Below are positions 1 to 9,871 of a stretch of 64,000 nt of DNA, one piece after another. Under the pieces are notes generated by a model. The model saw nothing but the letters and a program-made list of their open reading frames with translations, did no database searches and was not told the origin of the DNA. The DNA comes from Candidatus Kapaibacterium sp. GTDB lineage: Bacteria; Bacteroidota; Ignavibacteria; Kapaibacteriales; UBA2268. The translations under genes and the position numbers were made by a program. Location: NCBI GenBank assembly GCA_963664875.1, contig OY761611.1, positions 2,752,001 to 2,816,000 of the forward strand, written 5' to 3'. The stretch's first letter is position 1, and each line of letters opens with the position of its first letter.

Positions 1-494
1 CTAAGGCTTCCAGTTGCTTTCCCACTCACACCAGCGCCGCCGCCACTGTTTGCGGACTGACTAACTGCAACCGCAGTGGCACTATCACCTACACCATAAA
101 CAGGAGCATCCTGATCGATTGGTCTTCCCAAGAAATTCATTTTCTCTTGATCCCAAAGCGATGGTTCTTGGATAACGCTATTGTTATTACCACTTCCATA
201 CCCGCCACTCGGAATTTGAGAAACGTAGTAACCTGGCAACGGTTTTATGTAGTCAGTTGTTTTATTTTGTAATCTATCTGCTGTAACTACAACAACTCCC
301 TTATGACCGGAACTTTCACATATTATATCCTCATCATTAGGCACATCAGATCCAACCAACAAATAATCTAAATCTCTATGTTTTTCCGGAGCAAGCCCAC
401 TCGGATCGCCAAACATAATAGGATTGTTATACCCATAGCTATATGGTGAGTAGCCCGGGAATGCTTCAAAGAGCGGATCTTGTTTGCTACTCAA
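1..494 (-). CDS. Orphan Rhs C-terminal (toxin-tip) module, partial, runs off the window start
   Basis: Not in the ORF track. Manual translation from TTG at 494 gives MSSKQDPLFEAFPGYSPYSYGYNNPIMFGDPSGLAPEKHRDLDY..., open to base 1. DPL..SPY.Y..NNP....DP.G is the end of the Rhs core. Start codon uncertain. Confidence 0.75.
   Translation of the reverse strand, partial: MSSKQDPLFEAFPGYSPYSYGYNNPIMFGDPSGLAPEKHRDLDYLLVGSDVPNDEDIICESSGHKGVVVVTADRLQNKTTDYIKPLPGYYVSQIPSGGYGSGNNNSVIQEPSLWDQEKMNFLGRPIDQDAPVYGVGDSATAVAVSQSANSGGGAGVSGKATGSL
377..479 (-). repeat. Rhs core-end repeat, copy 1
   Basis: 377-455 is the exact reverse complement of 12197-12275 (79 bp). The 5' part also matches 17113-17139 and 25580-25614. 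Confidence 0.95.
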
Positions 495-500
495 ACGACA

Positions 501-522
501 AAAAGGCACTGAGCGTGCCTTT
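501..522 (-). terminator. Intrinsic terminator downstream of ugd
   Basis: AAAGGCAC-5nt-GTGCCTTT hairpin followed by a T run on the minus strand. Confidence 0.65.
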
Positions 523-587
523 CTGTAAGTAGAGATATTTAGTCTTTTAGATGCATTATTATTATAATTATCATCTATGGGATAAAT

Positions 588-1925
588 TTACCCATTTACG
601 ACTCTTCTGCCGATACTTCTATACTCAAAGCCGTGTTTTTCCATTTCTTCCAAATCGTAAAGGTTTCTGCCGTCAAAAATCAAAGGCATTGTAAGTGATT
701 GCCTTATTCTGTCAAAATCTGGCTTGCGGAACATAGTCCATTCAGTTGTTATAATCAGGAAATCGGCTGATTCGAGGCACTGATAGGCATTCTCTGCATA
801 TTCTATTTTGTCTTCAAATCGTATTTTTGTGTTTTCCATGGCTTCAGGGTCATAAGCTCTAACGCTTGCACCTGCCTCGAGTAAACTGTCAATCAAAGTA
901 AAAGCGGGAGCTTCGCGTGTATCATCGGTGTCCGGCTTAAATGCTAAGCCCCAAATTGCAATTTTTTTGCCTTTGAGATTGCCGTCAAATCTTGCTTCAA
1001 TATTTCCAAAAAATCTATGGATTTGCTTATAGTTTACATCCTGAGCTGCTTTGATAATTTCGAGAGGTGTTCCTGCCTCTTCCGCAGAATAGACCAACGC
1101 TCTTACGTCTTTGGGGAAGCAAGAACCACCGTAGCCAATACCGGCGAAGAGAAATCTTTTACCTATGCGTGTGTCCGAACCAATCCCGAAACGTATTTTA
1201 TCTATATCGGCTCCGACCTTTTCGCAGTAAGCAGATAAATCATTCATAAATGAGATTTTGGTAGCAAGGAAAGAGTTTGCGGCATATTTGGTAACTTCAG
1301 CACTCTTTTCATCCATAATAATAATAGGGTTGCCGGAGCGAACAAAAGGTTCGTAAAGGTCTTTCATCGTTTCACCAACTTTTGCGTTTGATGTACCGAT
1401 AACTACTCTTTCGGGTTTCATTGCGTCTTCCACCGCAAAGCCTTCTCTAAGGAATTCGGGATTGCTAATGATATGTACATTGTGTTTGCCGAGCACATTG
1501 TCGAAAATTGCTTTAACTTTGGCAGCAGTCCCAACAGGAACAGTGGATTTGTTAACGCAGATTTTTTCTTCAGTAATGCCGTCCTGTTTGATGATGTTAG
1601 CAATATCTTCAGCTACTTTCAGCACATGGTGCAAATCCGCCGAACCATCTTCGTTAGGAGGAGTAGGCAGACAAAGGAAAATAATTCTGCTTTGGTGAAC
1701 AGCATCCCTCAAATTAGTAGTAAAATTCAATCTGCCGTCTTTAATATTACGAGTCATAAGCACATCTAACCCCGGTTCGTAGATGGGGCAAATGCCCTGC
1801 TTCATTTTAGCAACTTTATTTTCGTCTATATCAACGCACAAGACTTGATTGCCTGTGGCAGCGAAGCTTGTACCGGAAACCAACCCGACATATCCTGTGC
1901 CGATAACACCTATTTTATATGACAT
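588..1925 (-). CDS. ugd: UDP-glucose 6-dehydrogenase
   Basis: GTGYVG Rossmann motif, NPEFLREG, GYGGSCFPKD catalytic motif, GLAFKPDTDD. Confidence 0.95.
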   Translation of the reverse strand: MSYKIGVIGTGYVGLVSGTSFAATGNQVLCVDIDENKVAKMKQGICPIYEPGLDVLMTRNIKDGRLNFTTNLRDAVHQSRIIFLCLPTPPNEDGSADLHHVLKVAEDIANIIKQDGITEEKICVNKSTVPVGTAAKVKAIFDNVLGKHNVHIISNPEFLREGFAVEDAMKPERVVIGTSNAKVGETMKDLYEPFVRSGNPIIIMDEKSAEVTKYAANSFLATKISFMNDLSAYCEKVGADIDKIRFGIGSDTRIGKRFLFAGIGYGGSCFPKDVRALVYSAEEAGTPLEIIKAAQDVNYKQIHRFFGNIEARFDGNLKGKKIAIWGLAFKPDTDDTREAPAFTLIDSLLEAGASVRAYDPEAMENTKIRFEDKIEYAENAYQCLESADFLIITTEWTMFRKPDFDRIRQSLTMPLIFDGRNLYDLEEMEKHGFEYRSIGRRVVNG

Positions 1926-1988
1926 TATACTACCTAATTTATGTTAATCAACTAAAATCAATTTGATAAAAATAAGGAATTTTGTGAA

Positions 1989-2132
1989 TTAGATTTGCAT
2001 CAATTTGTAGAATGCAAGAATCAAAATAGCCAAAACGGCAAACAATATTCCTATTTTCAAAAGCTTTTTGACGATGAAAACCACCGCTAAAAAAGCTATA
2101 AACACAACTGCAGCAATTACTACACCTGACAT
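1989..2132 (-). CDS. Small two-helix membrane protein (47 aa)
   Basis: Manual translation MSGVVIAAVVFIAFLAVVFIVKKLLKIGILFAVLAILILAFYKLMQI. ATG start preceded by GGTGA. Below the ORF-track length cutoff. Confidence 0.7.
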   Translation of the reverse strand: MSGVVIAAVVFIAFLAVVFIVKKLLKIGILFAVLAILILAFYKLMQI

Positions 2133-2386
2133 TTTTCACCGGTTCAAATATGTTTACAAATCTGTATAAATCATCATACGATACAAATTTACAATTGTTT
2201 AGACAATAAGGTTAGACCTATACGATACTATGTTTTTTAAAATTTTGCAATTGTAATTATTATACTAAGTGTTATTAGCATAGCAACCGGAAGACCAGCA
2301 AAGAGCATTTAAGTAAAACGACAAAGGACATACTCCGACAATAAAGTAGAAATATGTCCCTGATCCTCCAAATAATCTTTCTGAGC

Positions 2387-3169
2387 TTATTTAAGCACGA
2401 AGTTTAGGTCTAAAGTGCCCACCATCATTTCTTCTGTGTCGAGCGGATTAAATCTCCACTGACGCAATGCTCTGATAGCTTCTTTTTCTAATTCGGGATC
2501 GGATTTTTGAAGAGGCACTACTCTGCTCACTATTCCATTACCCTGCACATAAAGTTTAAACTTCATGCTGGCATGGAATTGAGAATTTTTTGGAAACTTT
2601 GGAGTAACTTTATTCATGAGTTTCCTGTTTCCGCCGCCGCCCCACTCTATATTACCAAAGCCATTACCTGCACCTTTGCCGACACCTTTATCGCCAAGAC
2701 CTCTGCCTGTGGGCGAGCCGTCTTTTTTGCCAATGCTTTCTGCATCGCTGCCGCCTTCTTCGCCTGCAAGTGCCTTGTCTGATTCTACTTCGTTCACAGC
2801 CACAACATTGATAGATTCACCTAACTCGGCAGTTGCCGGACTGTCTGAAACTTTAGTTTTAGCTGCAATTTTCGCATCATCAAGGTTAGTAGAAGGTATG
2901 TCACCTTTGTGAGCTTTACCTTCTTCTTGCAGATTACCTTTGGATTTGCCGGTACCGTCACCATCTCCGAATTTCAAAGTCGTCAACTTCACCGGGATAG
3001 AAGTGATTTTTTCTCTCACAACCGGAGGTTCGAACTCAAACATCTGAGTAAACAGCAAAAGCGAAAAGGTAACAACACAAGCTACCACAAAGCCACGTGC
3101 GGTGTTTTTATCCCAAGGTAGCTTTATTTGTATGTCGTTTGTCTGCTCATGTCTTGAAGTATGTACCAT
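2387..3169 (-). CDS. TonB-family energy transducer (TonB C-terminal domain)
   Basis: N-terminal TM, Gly-rich linker (GDGDGTG, GKGAGNG), C-terminal ...LEKEAIRALRQWRFNP. ATG at 3169 preferred over the overlapping start at 3199. Confidence 0.8.
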   Translation of the reverse strand: MVHTSRHEQTNDIQIKLPWDKNTARGFVVACVVTFSLLLFTQMFEFEPPVVREKITSIPVKLTTLKFGDGDGTGKSKGNLQEEGKAHKGDIPSTNLDDAKIAAKTKVSDSPATAELGESINVVAVNEVESDKALAGEEGGSDAESIGKKDGSPTGRGLGDKGVGKGAGNGFGNIEWGGGGNRKLMNKVTPKFPKNSQFHASMKFKLYVQGNGIVSRVVPLQKSDPELEKEAIRALRQWRFNPLDTEEMMVGTLDLNFVLK

Positions 3170-3177
3170 AACCTTAC

Positions 3178-4764
3178 CTACTTTATTCTGTCGATCCAAG
3201 TTTGTGCAAATCCATATCTCATGGCAGCATCTCTTGCATCATCTTTTGATTTAAAATTTCCAAATCTTACTCTATACCAAATCACATCTCTAATTTTCTG
3301 AGTGGAGATGCGTGGATTGTCAACATCCATACCCTTCAAATTATCCAACCAAGTTTCTGCGTCATCTTTTGACGGAGAAGCATAAATCTGCACTGCATAA
3401 AGTGCTTCAGGGGCTTCCTGCTCCACAGGTTTTGTTTTAACAGCAGATGTTGTTTTTTTATTAGTACGTACTGTATTGCTGTGAGTTGCAAGGTCTTTGG
3501 CGACCGGCTTTGATTCTTTGCGTACCATCGGAGCAGTTGGTTTTGCTTCGACCGGCTTAGCCGCAACTTTCACAGTCTCTTTATGTTCTTCTTTAACTGT
3601 TTCTTGCTTTATAGGAGCAACAACAGGCGTTTCATGTGGTTCATGAGTTGTTGTATGCTCTTCATTCTTTGGTACCTCATGCGAAGCGAGGTCTGTATTA
3701 GTAGCTTCAGCATGTTGCTCTTCGTGCTGTGACTCTTCATGCGACACGGGTTCTTCGTGAGCAATCGCGTGTTCGTCTTGCTCAGTATGTTTGTCTTCAG
3801 CAGGAGCTTCTTCATGTTTTTCTTCATGGACTGCTTCAGCAATCTGAGTTTCTTCAATCATAAAGTTTGGATAGTACCAATACTGAAATACTCCTAAACC
3901 TAAAGCTGCCAAAAGAACTGCAGCAGCAGACGAAATACTTATATTCCTAAAAAGTTTTGATTTTTTCTTAAGAGGCTTTTGCTCTATTACAGGCTCGGTT
4001 TTTTTGACCTTTTCTTCAGCAGAAGCCTGTTTATTCTCATCAGCATCAAGAGCAGTAATATCTACAAATTCTGTTTCTGCTACCTGCTCTACCGGTTTGA
4101 AGTCTTCCGGATTTGCAAGAGGAATCTGATCTATATCTTCTGTCTTAGATTCAATTTCTTCTCTGCGAGCTTTAGAGCGATTGATTTCCTCTTCTAACAT
4201 TTGTTTCAAATCTTCATCGAGAGACAATGTTACTTCATTGTCGTCTGCAGAAATGTCGGAGTCATCTTCCGGAGCCTCAAATAAATCAGGAGTATCATCT
4301 TCCTGTGTTACTTCCGGTTCTGGCTCTGAGTTGTCAAATCTTAGATCATCAGGAATTTCTTCATCATCTTCGAAAGCCGGCAAATCTTCTTCGGCATTAG
4401 GTTCTTCCTGTGTAATTTCTTCCACAGTGTCAGCTATTGCCTCTTCTTCTTCAACTGAGGCAACCACTTCGGAAACAGCAGGGGCAGGGTCATCATCGAA
4501 AGCATCCCATACACTGCCGCCCTCAGGCGTTTCAATAAGAGGTGCTTGAGTTATTCCATCTGCATCAAGATCCAAACCTGAGGAATATTCTATCTCTTCC
4601 GGCTCCACATACTCTTCTATAAGAGCTTCAGGAGCAGAGTCGAATTGAGGCACCTCTTCGGGATAATCTTCTTTGAGTGCAAAGATATCACCATCGGGCT
4701 CGCTGAGTCCGAAGCCGCTGAGCTGCTCTTCAGGTTTTAAAATATTTGGATCAAATCCCGGCAT
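3178..4764 (-). CDS. SPOR domain protein with long acidic N-terminus, single TM and His-rich linker
   Basis: C-terminal YAVQIYAS...WYRVRFGNFKSKDDA is SPOR-like; TM follows KKKSK. Confidence 0.8.
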   Translation of the reverse strand: MPGFDPNILKPEEQLSGFGLSEPDGDIFALKEDYPEEVPQFDSAPEALIEEYVEPEEIEYSSGLDLDADGITQAPLIETPEGGSVWDAFDDDPAPAVSEVVASVEEEEAIADTVEEITQEEPNAEEDLPAFEDDEEIPDDLRFDNSEPEPEVTQEDDTPDLFEAPEDDSDISADDNEVTLSLDEDLKQMLEEEINRSKARREEIESKTEDIDQIPLANPEDFKPVEQVAETEFVDITALDADENKQASAEEKVKKTEPVIEQKPLKKKSKLFRNISISSAAAVLLAALGLGVFQYWYYPNFMIEETQIAEAVHEEKHEEAPAEDKHTEQDEHAIAHEEPVSHEESQHEEQHAEATNTDLASHEVPKNEEHTTTHEPHETPVVAPIKQETVKEEHKETVKVAAKPVEAKPTAPMVRKESKPVAKDLATHSNTVRTNKKTTSAVKTKPVEQEAPEALYAVQIYASPSKDDAETWLDNLKGMDVDNPRISTQKIRDVIWYRVRFGNFKSKDDARDAAMRYGFAQTWIDRIK

Positions 4765-4771
4765 AACTTAC

Positions 4772-6400
4772 CTAAAATTGCCACATAACACCAGCAGAGG
4801 CGAAAAGACCTCTTTCTTTATAAGTATTCCAAATGTAAACATTTGAATTTAGCAAATTATCAAATTTAAGGAAGACTGAAAAATCATTGTTGATTTTATA
4901 GTCAGCTCCAATCATTAGCTTATTAAACGAGTCAATTTTAATAACATTTTGTTGGTCTGCGGAGCGTTCCCCTACATAAACCAAACCAATTTCTGTGCCA
5001 ATTACTTCAGCCCACAGCCTTCTGTAATTGATACCAAGCTCTATAGGAGCATAATACGGAATATTTTGGTCATAATCATCAGAATTTGCGGCACGAACCA
5101 TTATTTTCATGGTCATTTTGTCCATCTCCGTTGGCGACCAAAATGCTTCTGCATTCAAACCAATTATTGTTGCATCCATATATTCCACATCAAACATAGA
5201 ATGATTGAAAGTAGAATCCGATAGCGCCAGTGGTACAAAAGCCGGCAATCTTTCAGCTTTTTTAAATTCTATACCCGCACTAACTGCAAATTTCTGATTA
5301 GGATGATAAGTAACGCCACCTTTAATCAAGCCAATATTATAGGGCATATCGGTGATTGCATTTGGATTGATGTACGGATTATATTCTGCCATATCATAAA
5401 AGAAATTTTTATCAAGCCCGCTTTCTATGCTTCCGTTTATAGTAATATTTTTATTTAGTCTATATTCTATATTGCCGGCAAGCAAAAAGCCTGTTCTGCT
5501 TTCATCGATAGATGCATTAGCCAGCTGTAGCCCTGCTTTCAGTTTGAAAGTAAGCAGTTCATTGGAGAATGCACCATGCCCGTCTATCTGAATCATCTTT
5601 GCTGACGAACCGTTGGTAGCGTGCATATCCAAATCTATATTTGCACCCAAAAAGTATTTTTTATAAAACGACTCTACTCCTACATAACCACGAAAAGAGT
5701 TATCAAAACCATCGGCATAATCGCCTGAAAGCTGAAGTGTTTTAAAAAAGGCTCCGGTTTTGAATTGATACCCGTCATAATCACCATCTACATCGACTCC
5801 GAACTTAAAATTCATTAAATTTCGTTCGTCAGCGATCGGCATAGGATATAATTTATACCCCCTGTTTCGAAAATCCAGATAGGTACGGGTTCTACTGCCA
5901 CCAAATATCCAAAATTTGGAAGGAGCTATATAGTCAGAAGAGATTTTTAGAAACATATCGCTGTAGCCTGCGTTATCGATATGACCATCGCTTAGCTCCA
6001 TACCTGCATTGCCGTATAATTCATAACCTTCGTAGCGTAAACCGTAGCCACCTTCGAGCTTTGGCGTGAGGAAACTTCCCCCATCGAGTCTGACAAAACC
6101 GTGTGCATAATCAGTTGATATGATATGATCAGGGGTTTCGCCGGGCGGCAAAAGCATAGTTTGTTGTTTTTCTAAAGAATTAAGAGAATCCAACTCACCT
6201 TTTTTCAAAGGTACAAGCTTTTGAGGATCTTGCTTTTCGCTTGCTTTTATTTCAGCCTGATAATTGCCGATTATATTAAGTCTCGGCAGTTCGTACGGTT
6301 CCGAGGCACTACTATTTGAGCGTTCCTGAGTGGTCTGAGCCGGTAAGGTAACATAGCCTGTCACACAACATAAAATAGCTGCTATAATATACTTTTTCAT
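4772..6400 (-). CDS. Outer membrane beta-barrel, TonB-dependent receptor-like
   Basis: Signal peptide, amphipathic strands, FDNLLN motif near the C-terminus, terminal Phe. Confidence 0.7.
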   Translation of the reverse strand: MKKYIIAAILCCVTGYVTLPAQTTQERSNSSASEPYELPRLNIIGNYQAEIKASEKQDPQKLVPLKKGELDSLNSLEKQQTMLLPPGETPDHIISTDYAHGFVRLDGGSFLTPKLEGGYGLRYEGYELYGNAGMELSDGHIDNAGYSDMFLKISSDYIAPSKFWIFGGSRTRTYLDFRNRGYKLYPMPIADERNLMNFKFGVDVDGDYDGYQFKTGAFFKTLQLSGDYADGFDNSFRGYVGVESFYKKYFLGANIDLDMHATNGSSAKMIQIDGHGAFSNELLTFKLKAGLQLANASIDESRTGFLLAGNIEYRLNKNITINGSIESGLDKNFFYDMAEYNPYINPNAITDMPYNIGLIKGGVTYHPNQKFAVSAGIEFKKAERLPAFVPLALSDSTFNHSMFDVEYMDATIIGLNAEAFWSPTEMDKMTMKIMVRAANSDDYDQNIPYYAPIELGINYRRLWAEVIGTEIGLVYVGERSADQQNVIKIDSFNKLMIGADYKINNDFSVFLKFDNLLNSNVYIWNTYKERGLFASAGVMWQF

Positions 6401-6405
6401 GGCAA

Positions 6406-9400
6406 TTATTCTTCTTCTTTTTTCAAATTTTCAATCATTTTAGCTATTCTTTTTAGCCTCTGTTCTGCAGTTTTTGCGAAATCATCATCAATTCTGATTT
6501 CTTTGAGCACAGTATATATTTCTTCTGCTTTCTGATATGCTTCTGTGTTTTCATAGCATTCGCCTAGAGCTAATAAACCATAAGAATACCAATCTTCGTA
6601 GCCTGCAAATTTCTCTTTAAGTATTTCAAGTTCTACGATGGCAGAATCAAGATTTTTTTCACGCATATACATCTCGCCGAGGCGATATTGAGCCTCTGCT
6701 GCAAGGAGTAGATTATATTCCTGCACAGCAAGAAGTTTGAATTCTGTTCTTGCAGAATCATTCCACTCTTTGCTTCTGTAATATTTGGCTACAAAATATC
6801 GGCTTTGCAAACCATATTCCAAACTGTCAAATGCAGCCGCTACACCTTTGTACATCTCCACAGCACTTAAAGTATCGCCCGTGTTGTATTTCAATATGGC
6901 TCGCTCGAAGCCTGCCTGAGCAGAGCTTTCGTGCGTTGGATACTTGGTTTGAAGTACAGAAAATATTGAATCTGCTTTCTGAATGTCCGTACCTGATGCT
7001 TCCATAAGTCCATGTTCTAAAATAGCTATAGGAGCATACTCTGATTTTGGATATTCTGCTACTATTCTATCAAGAGTTTTCACTGCTTCAGGTTTGTCAT
7101 TCATTGAGATATAGCTTTTTGCTTTTTGATAAAGCACTTCAGGCACTTTGTCAGAATCAGGATATTTATTGATAAATGCATCATATTCTGCTACTGCGTC
7201 TTTATAACGTTTGCCGGAATAAAACATATCTGCTTTTTTGAATGCAAGCCCTTCGGTAAATCTGGAATCAGGATTTTTTTCGATATAATTTTGCAAAATT
7301 TCTACTGCTTCTGCCTCTCTACCCAAAGCTATAAGGCAATACTCCATAGATTTCAGAGATTCATTTGCCAAACCATGAGTCGGGTAAGTTTCCCAAACAA
7401 ATTTGTATTGATTAAGAGCTGTTTCGTATTCACCTTTATTATAATATGCATCTGCTATGTTATAGTAAGCATCAGGAAGCAGTTCGCTATCCGGATATGC
7501 CTCTATCATAAATTCATAGTCTTGAATGGCTTCATCATATCTTTCCTGATGGAACCTAATTTTACCAATTAGATTAAGAGCATAAGGTGCATATTTTTTA
7601 CGAGGAAATCGGCGAACAAATTCTAAAAGAGAAGTAACCGCATTTTCGTATTCGTGCATCATGTATAGGCAATGAGCATGCTGGTATGCAGAGTACTGCA
7701 CTTCGTCGGATTGAGAATTTATCTTAGCTGCCTTTTGGTACGCCTGTGCTGCAAGTTTATAATTTTTTATCCAGTAATATCCGTCACCCTGGCGAGTGAA
7801 TACTTCTACTGCATAATTAGATTTTGGATATTCCTGAATCATGGCTTCAAAAATATTTGATGACTGACTGAATTTTTGCTGACGGAAATAAGACCAGCCC
7901 AATCCGTAGTATGATTCTTCCCTTCTTTCGCTTCGAGGATATTTGTCTAATATTTTTTGATATGTTTCGGCAGAATTATTCAGCAAATCAGAATTATAAT
8001 ATGCCTCCGCTAACCAGAAAAAGCCTTCGTCGATTCTCGAATCTTTGAAAGACGATCCTGTATATGTAATCAGAACCGGGATTGCCTCAGCACTTCTATC
8101 TGCCCGCACAAGAGCTATGCCTTGTTTCAAGCGCGATTCTGCAAGGTACCATTCTTTTTGAGGCATGAAAATAATATTTGCCCTAGTAGCTAACTCTTCT
8201 GCGTTTTTGTAAGAATTAACCGCTTTGCTCCATAATCCCATTTCCATGTAAGAAGCACCAAGTAACAAATGAACACGAACAAGTACAAGTGCATCGTATG
8301 CCTCACGTTCAGCTCTTTCGAGCGTCCTTCTTGCTTTATCATAATCATTTTCTTCGTAGTACATCTGACCTAATTCTAATAGTATCTGGCCGAGATATGG
8401 ATAAGTCGGTTGCACTGATAGTGCTGCAAGTTCTTTCTGAGCCTGTTCTTTATTGCCGAGATTCTTCAAAGCTACGATTCTATATAGCTGAGCCGTAGCC
8501 TTTACTCTAAATTCGTCTTCTTTTGCTTTGTCGATTACACTGTCGTAGTAGTCCAAAGCTTCTTTATAATTTTCCAAGTGAAGTTGAGCCCAACCTGCAC
8601 CTAATCTGACGTAGTTCTCAATTTCAGAACCATATATGGTTTCCAAAAATGTTCTGAATACTTCTGCAGCTTTAGCATAGTTCCCTGAAAGATTATAGGA
8701 TTCGCCACGCAAATAGAGTATTTTTTCAAACGAATTGTCTGCAAAATCCTGCTCAGGATAACGCAAACCTTCTTCGTTTTGCGTACGAATATTTTCAATT
8801 ATGTTTTCAGTCCTCTCTAAAGAAAGCAAAGCACCTGAAAAATCTCTTAGTATGAGTTTGTTATTTGCCTTTCTTATGCCCGAAGCTACTATGCAGTTAG
8901 AGTAAGGATACCTCTTTTCGAGGTCTGTATATTGCTCAATAGCTTTGGTATAAAATTTATTTATTTCGTGATTTTGTCCCATAGCAAAAAGTGCATCATC
9001 TGCATATTCGCCGGTGGGGTACTTATTAGCAGCTAATTCGAAAACCTCTATCGCCTCCTGGTACCTTGCATTTTGATTGAGAGTGATACCTCTCCAATAA
9101 AGTGCCTGGTGAGCTATAGTATAATAGTCATCATCCTGACGCTCGAGGTAGTCGCGTTCGGCGAGCTCCACAGCCTCTCTGAAATAGCTTTCTGCCTCGT
9201 TGTATTCCTTTTGCTCGAATGCGATGTAGCCTCTCTGGAGTGCGGCGTATGGTACAAACGGAGAATTTGGTCTCACTTTGATAAACTCAGCAAGTCTGCC
9301 TTTGGCAATGTTGTAGTTGCCGGAAAGCAAATCAATATTTGAGTTTATCAAAACGGATAAATCACCTGAGACATTATCAGGATATTTTTTTAGAGTTTCC

Positions 9401-9561
9401 AAAAGCTTATATTCTGCTTTCCTGACAAGCTCAAAATCAAAATCTTTTTTAATCTTTGTGATTTCATCTGAGCCATATTCGTAAATATCAGGAAGAACTC
9501 CTGCATGACCTATACACCAAGCCATAAAGAAGTAAGCTATAACTGCTTTAAACCACTTCAT
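6406..9561 (-). CDS. Large exported tetratricopeptide repeat protein
   Basis: Signal peptide and many TPRs with YP.S spacers (BamD/CpoB-like repeats). Confidence 0.9.
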   Translation of the reverse strand: MKWFKAVIAYFFMAWCIGHAGVLPDIYEYGSDEITKIKKDFDFELVRKAEYKLLETLKKYPDNVSGDLSVLINSNIDLLSGNYNIAKGRLAEFIKVRPNSPFVPYAALQRGYIAFEQKEYNEAESYFREAVELAERDYLERQDDDYYTIAHQALYWRGITLNQNARYQEAIEVFELAANKYPTGEYADDALFAMGQNHEINKFYTKAIEQYTDLEKRYPYSNCIVASGIRKANNKLILRDFSGALLSLERTENIIENIRTQNEEGLRYPEQDFADNSFEKILYLRGESYNLSGNYAKAAEVFRTFLETIYGSEIENYVRLGAGWAQLHLENYKEALDYYDSVIDKAKEDEFRVKATAQLYRIVALKNLGNKEQAQKELAALSVQPTYPYLGQILLELGQMYYEENDYDKARRTLERAEREAYDALVLVRVHLLLGASYMEMGLWSKAVNSYKNAEELATRANIIFMPQKEWYLAESRLKQGIALVRADRSAEAIPVLITYTGSSFKDSRIDEGFFWLAEAYYNSDLLNNSAETYQKILDKYPRSERREESYYGLGWSYFRQQKFSQSSNIFEAMIQEYPKSNYAVEVFTRQGDGYYWIKNYKLAAQAYQKAAKINSQSDEVQYSAYQHAHCLYMMHEYENAVTSLLEFVRRFPRKKYAPYALNLIGKIRFHQERYDEAIQDYEFMIEAYPDSELLPDAYYNIADAYYNKGEYETALNQYKFVWETYPTHGLANESLKSMEYCLIALGREAEAVEILQNYIEKNPDSRFTEGLAFKKADMFYSGKRYKDAVAEYDAFINKYPDSDKVPEVLYQKAKSYISMNDKPEAVKTLDRIVAEYPKSEYAPIAILEHGLMEASGTDIQKADSIFSVLQTKYPTHESSAQAGFERAILKYNTGDTLSAVEMYKGVAAAFDSLEYGLQSRYFVAKYYRSKEWNDSARTEFKLLAVQEYNLLLAAEAQYRLGEMYMREKNLDSAIVELEILKEKFAGYEDWYSYGLLALGECYENTEAYQKAEEIYTVLKEIRIDDDFAKTAEQRLKRIAKMIENLKKEEE

Positions 9562-9871
9562 CGTTTCTGTTCTTATTTATTATATAATATAGTGCAGTAC
9601 CACTTTGCGAGATGGAATAGACGCCCAAGTATTGGGTAATCGAAAATGATACCTTATGCTGCTTTTAAAGATACAAAAAATAAGATGCAAATGCTAAAAA
9701 TATTTACATAAAATATCTTTTTCTTTGAGGCAACTGCTTTTAAGTTCGATAAGTTAGATAGATCGTAAAAATTTTGGATTTGTGTTGACATTTTTAAAAC
9801 TACTATGAACTATTTCAAATATAACGTATATTACTTTGTGAGATATATCAGAAAACAAAGGAACTTATTTT

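Noticed and set aside
1948-2139. 63-aa Cys-rich ORF in the track
   Set aside because: The overlapping frame 1989-2132 gives a far more protein-like two-helix product; the Cys residues arise from shifted Val/Ala codons
2176-2228. ATACGATAC direct repeat 44 bp apart
   Set aside because: Short and in AT-rich DNA; cannot be distinguished from chance without comparative data
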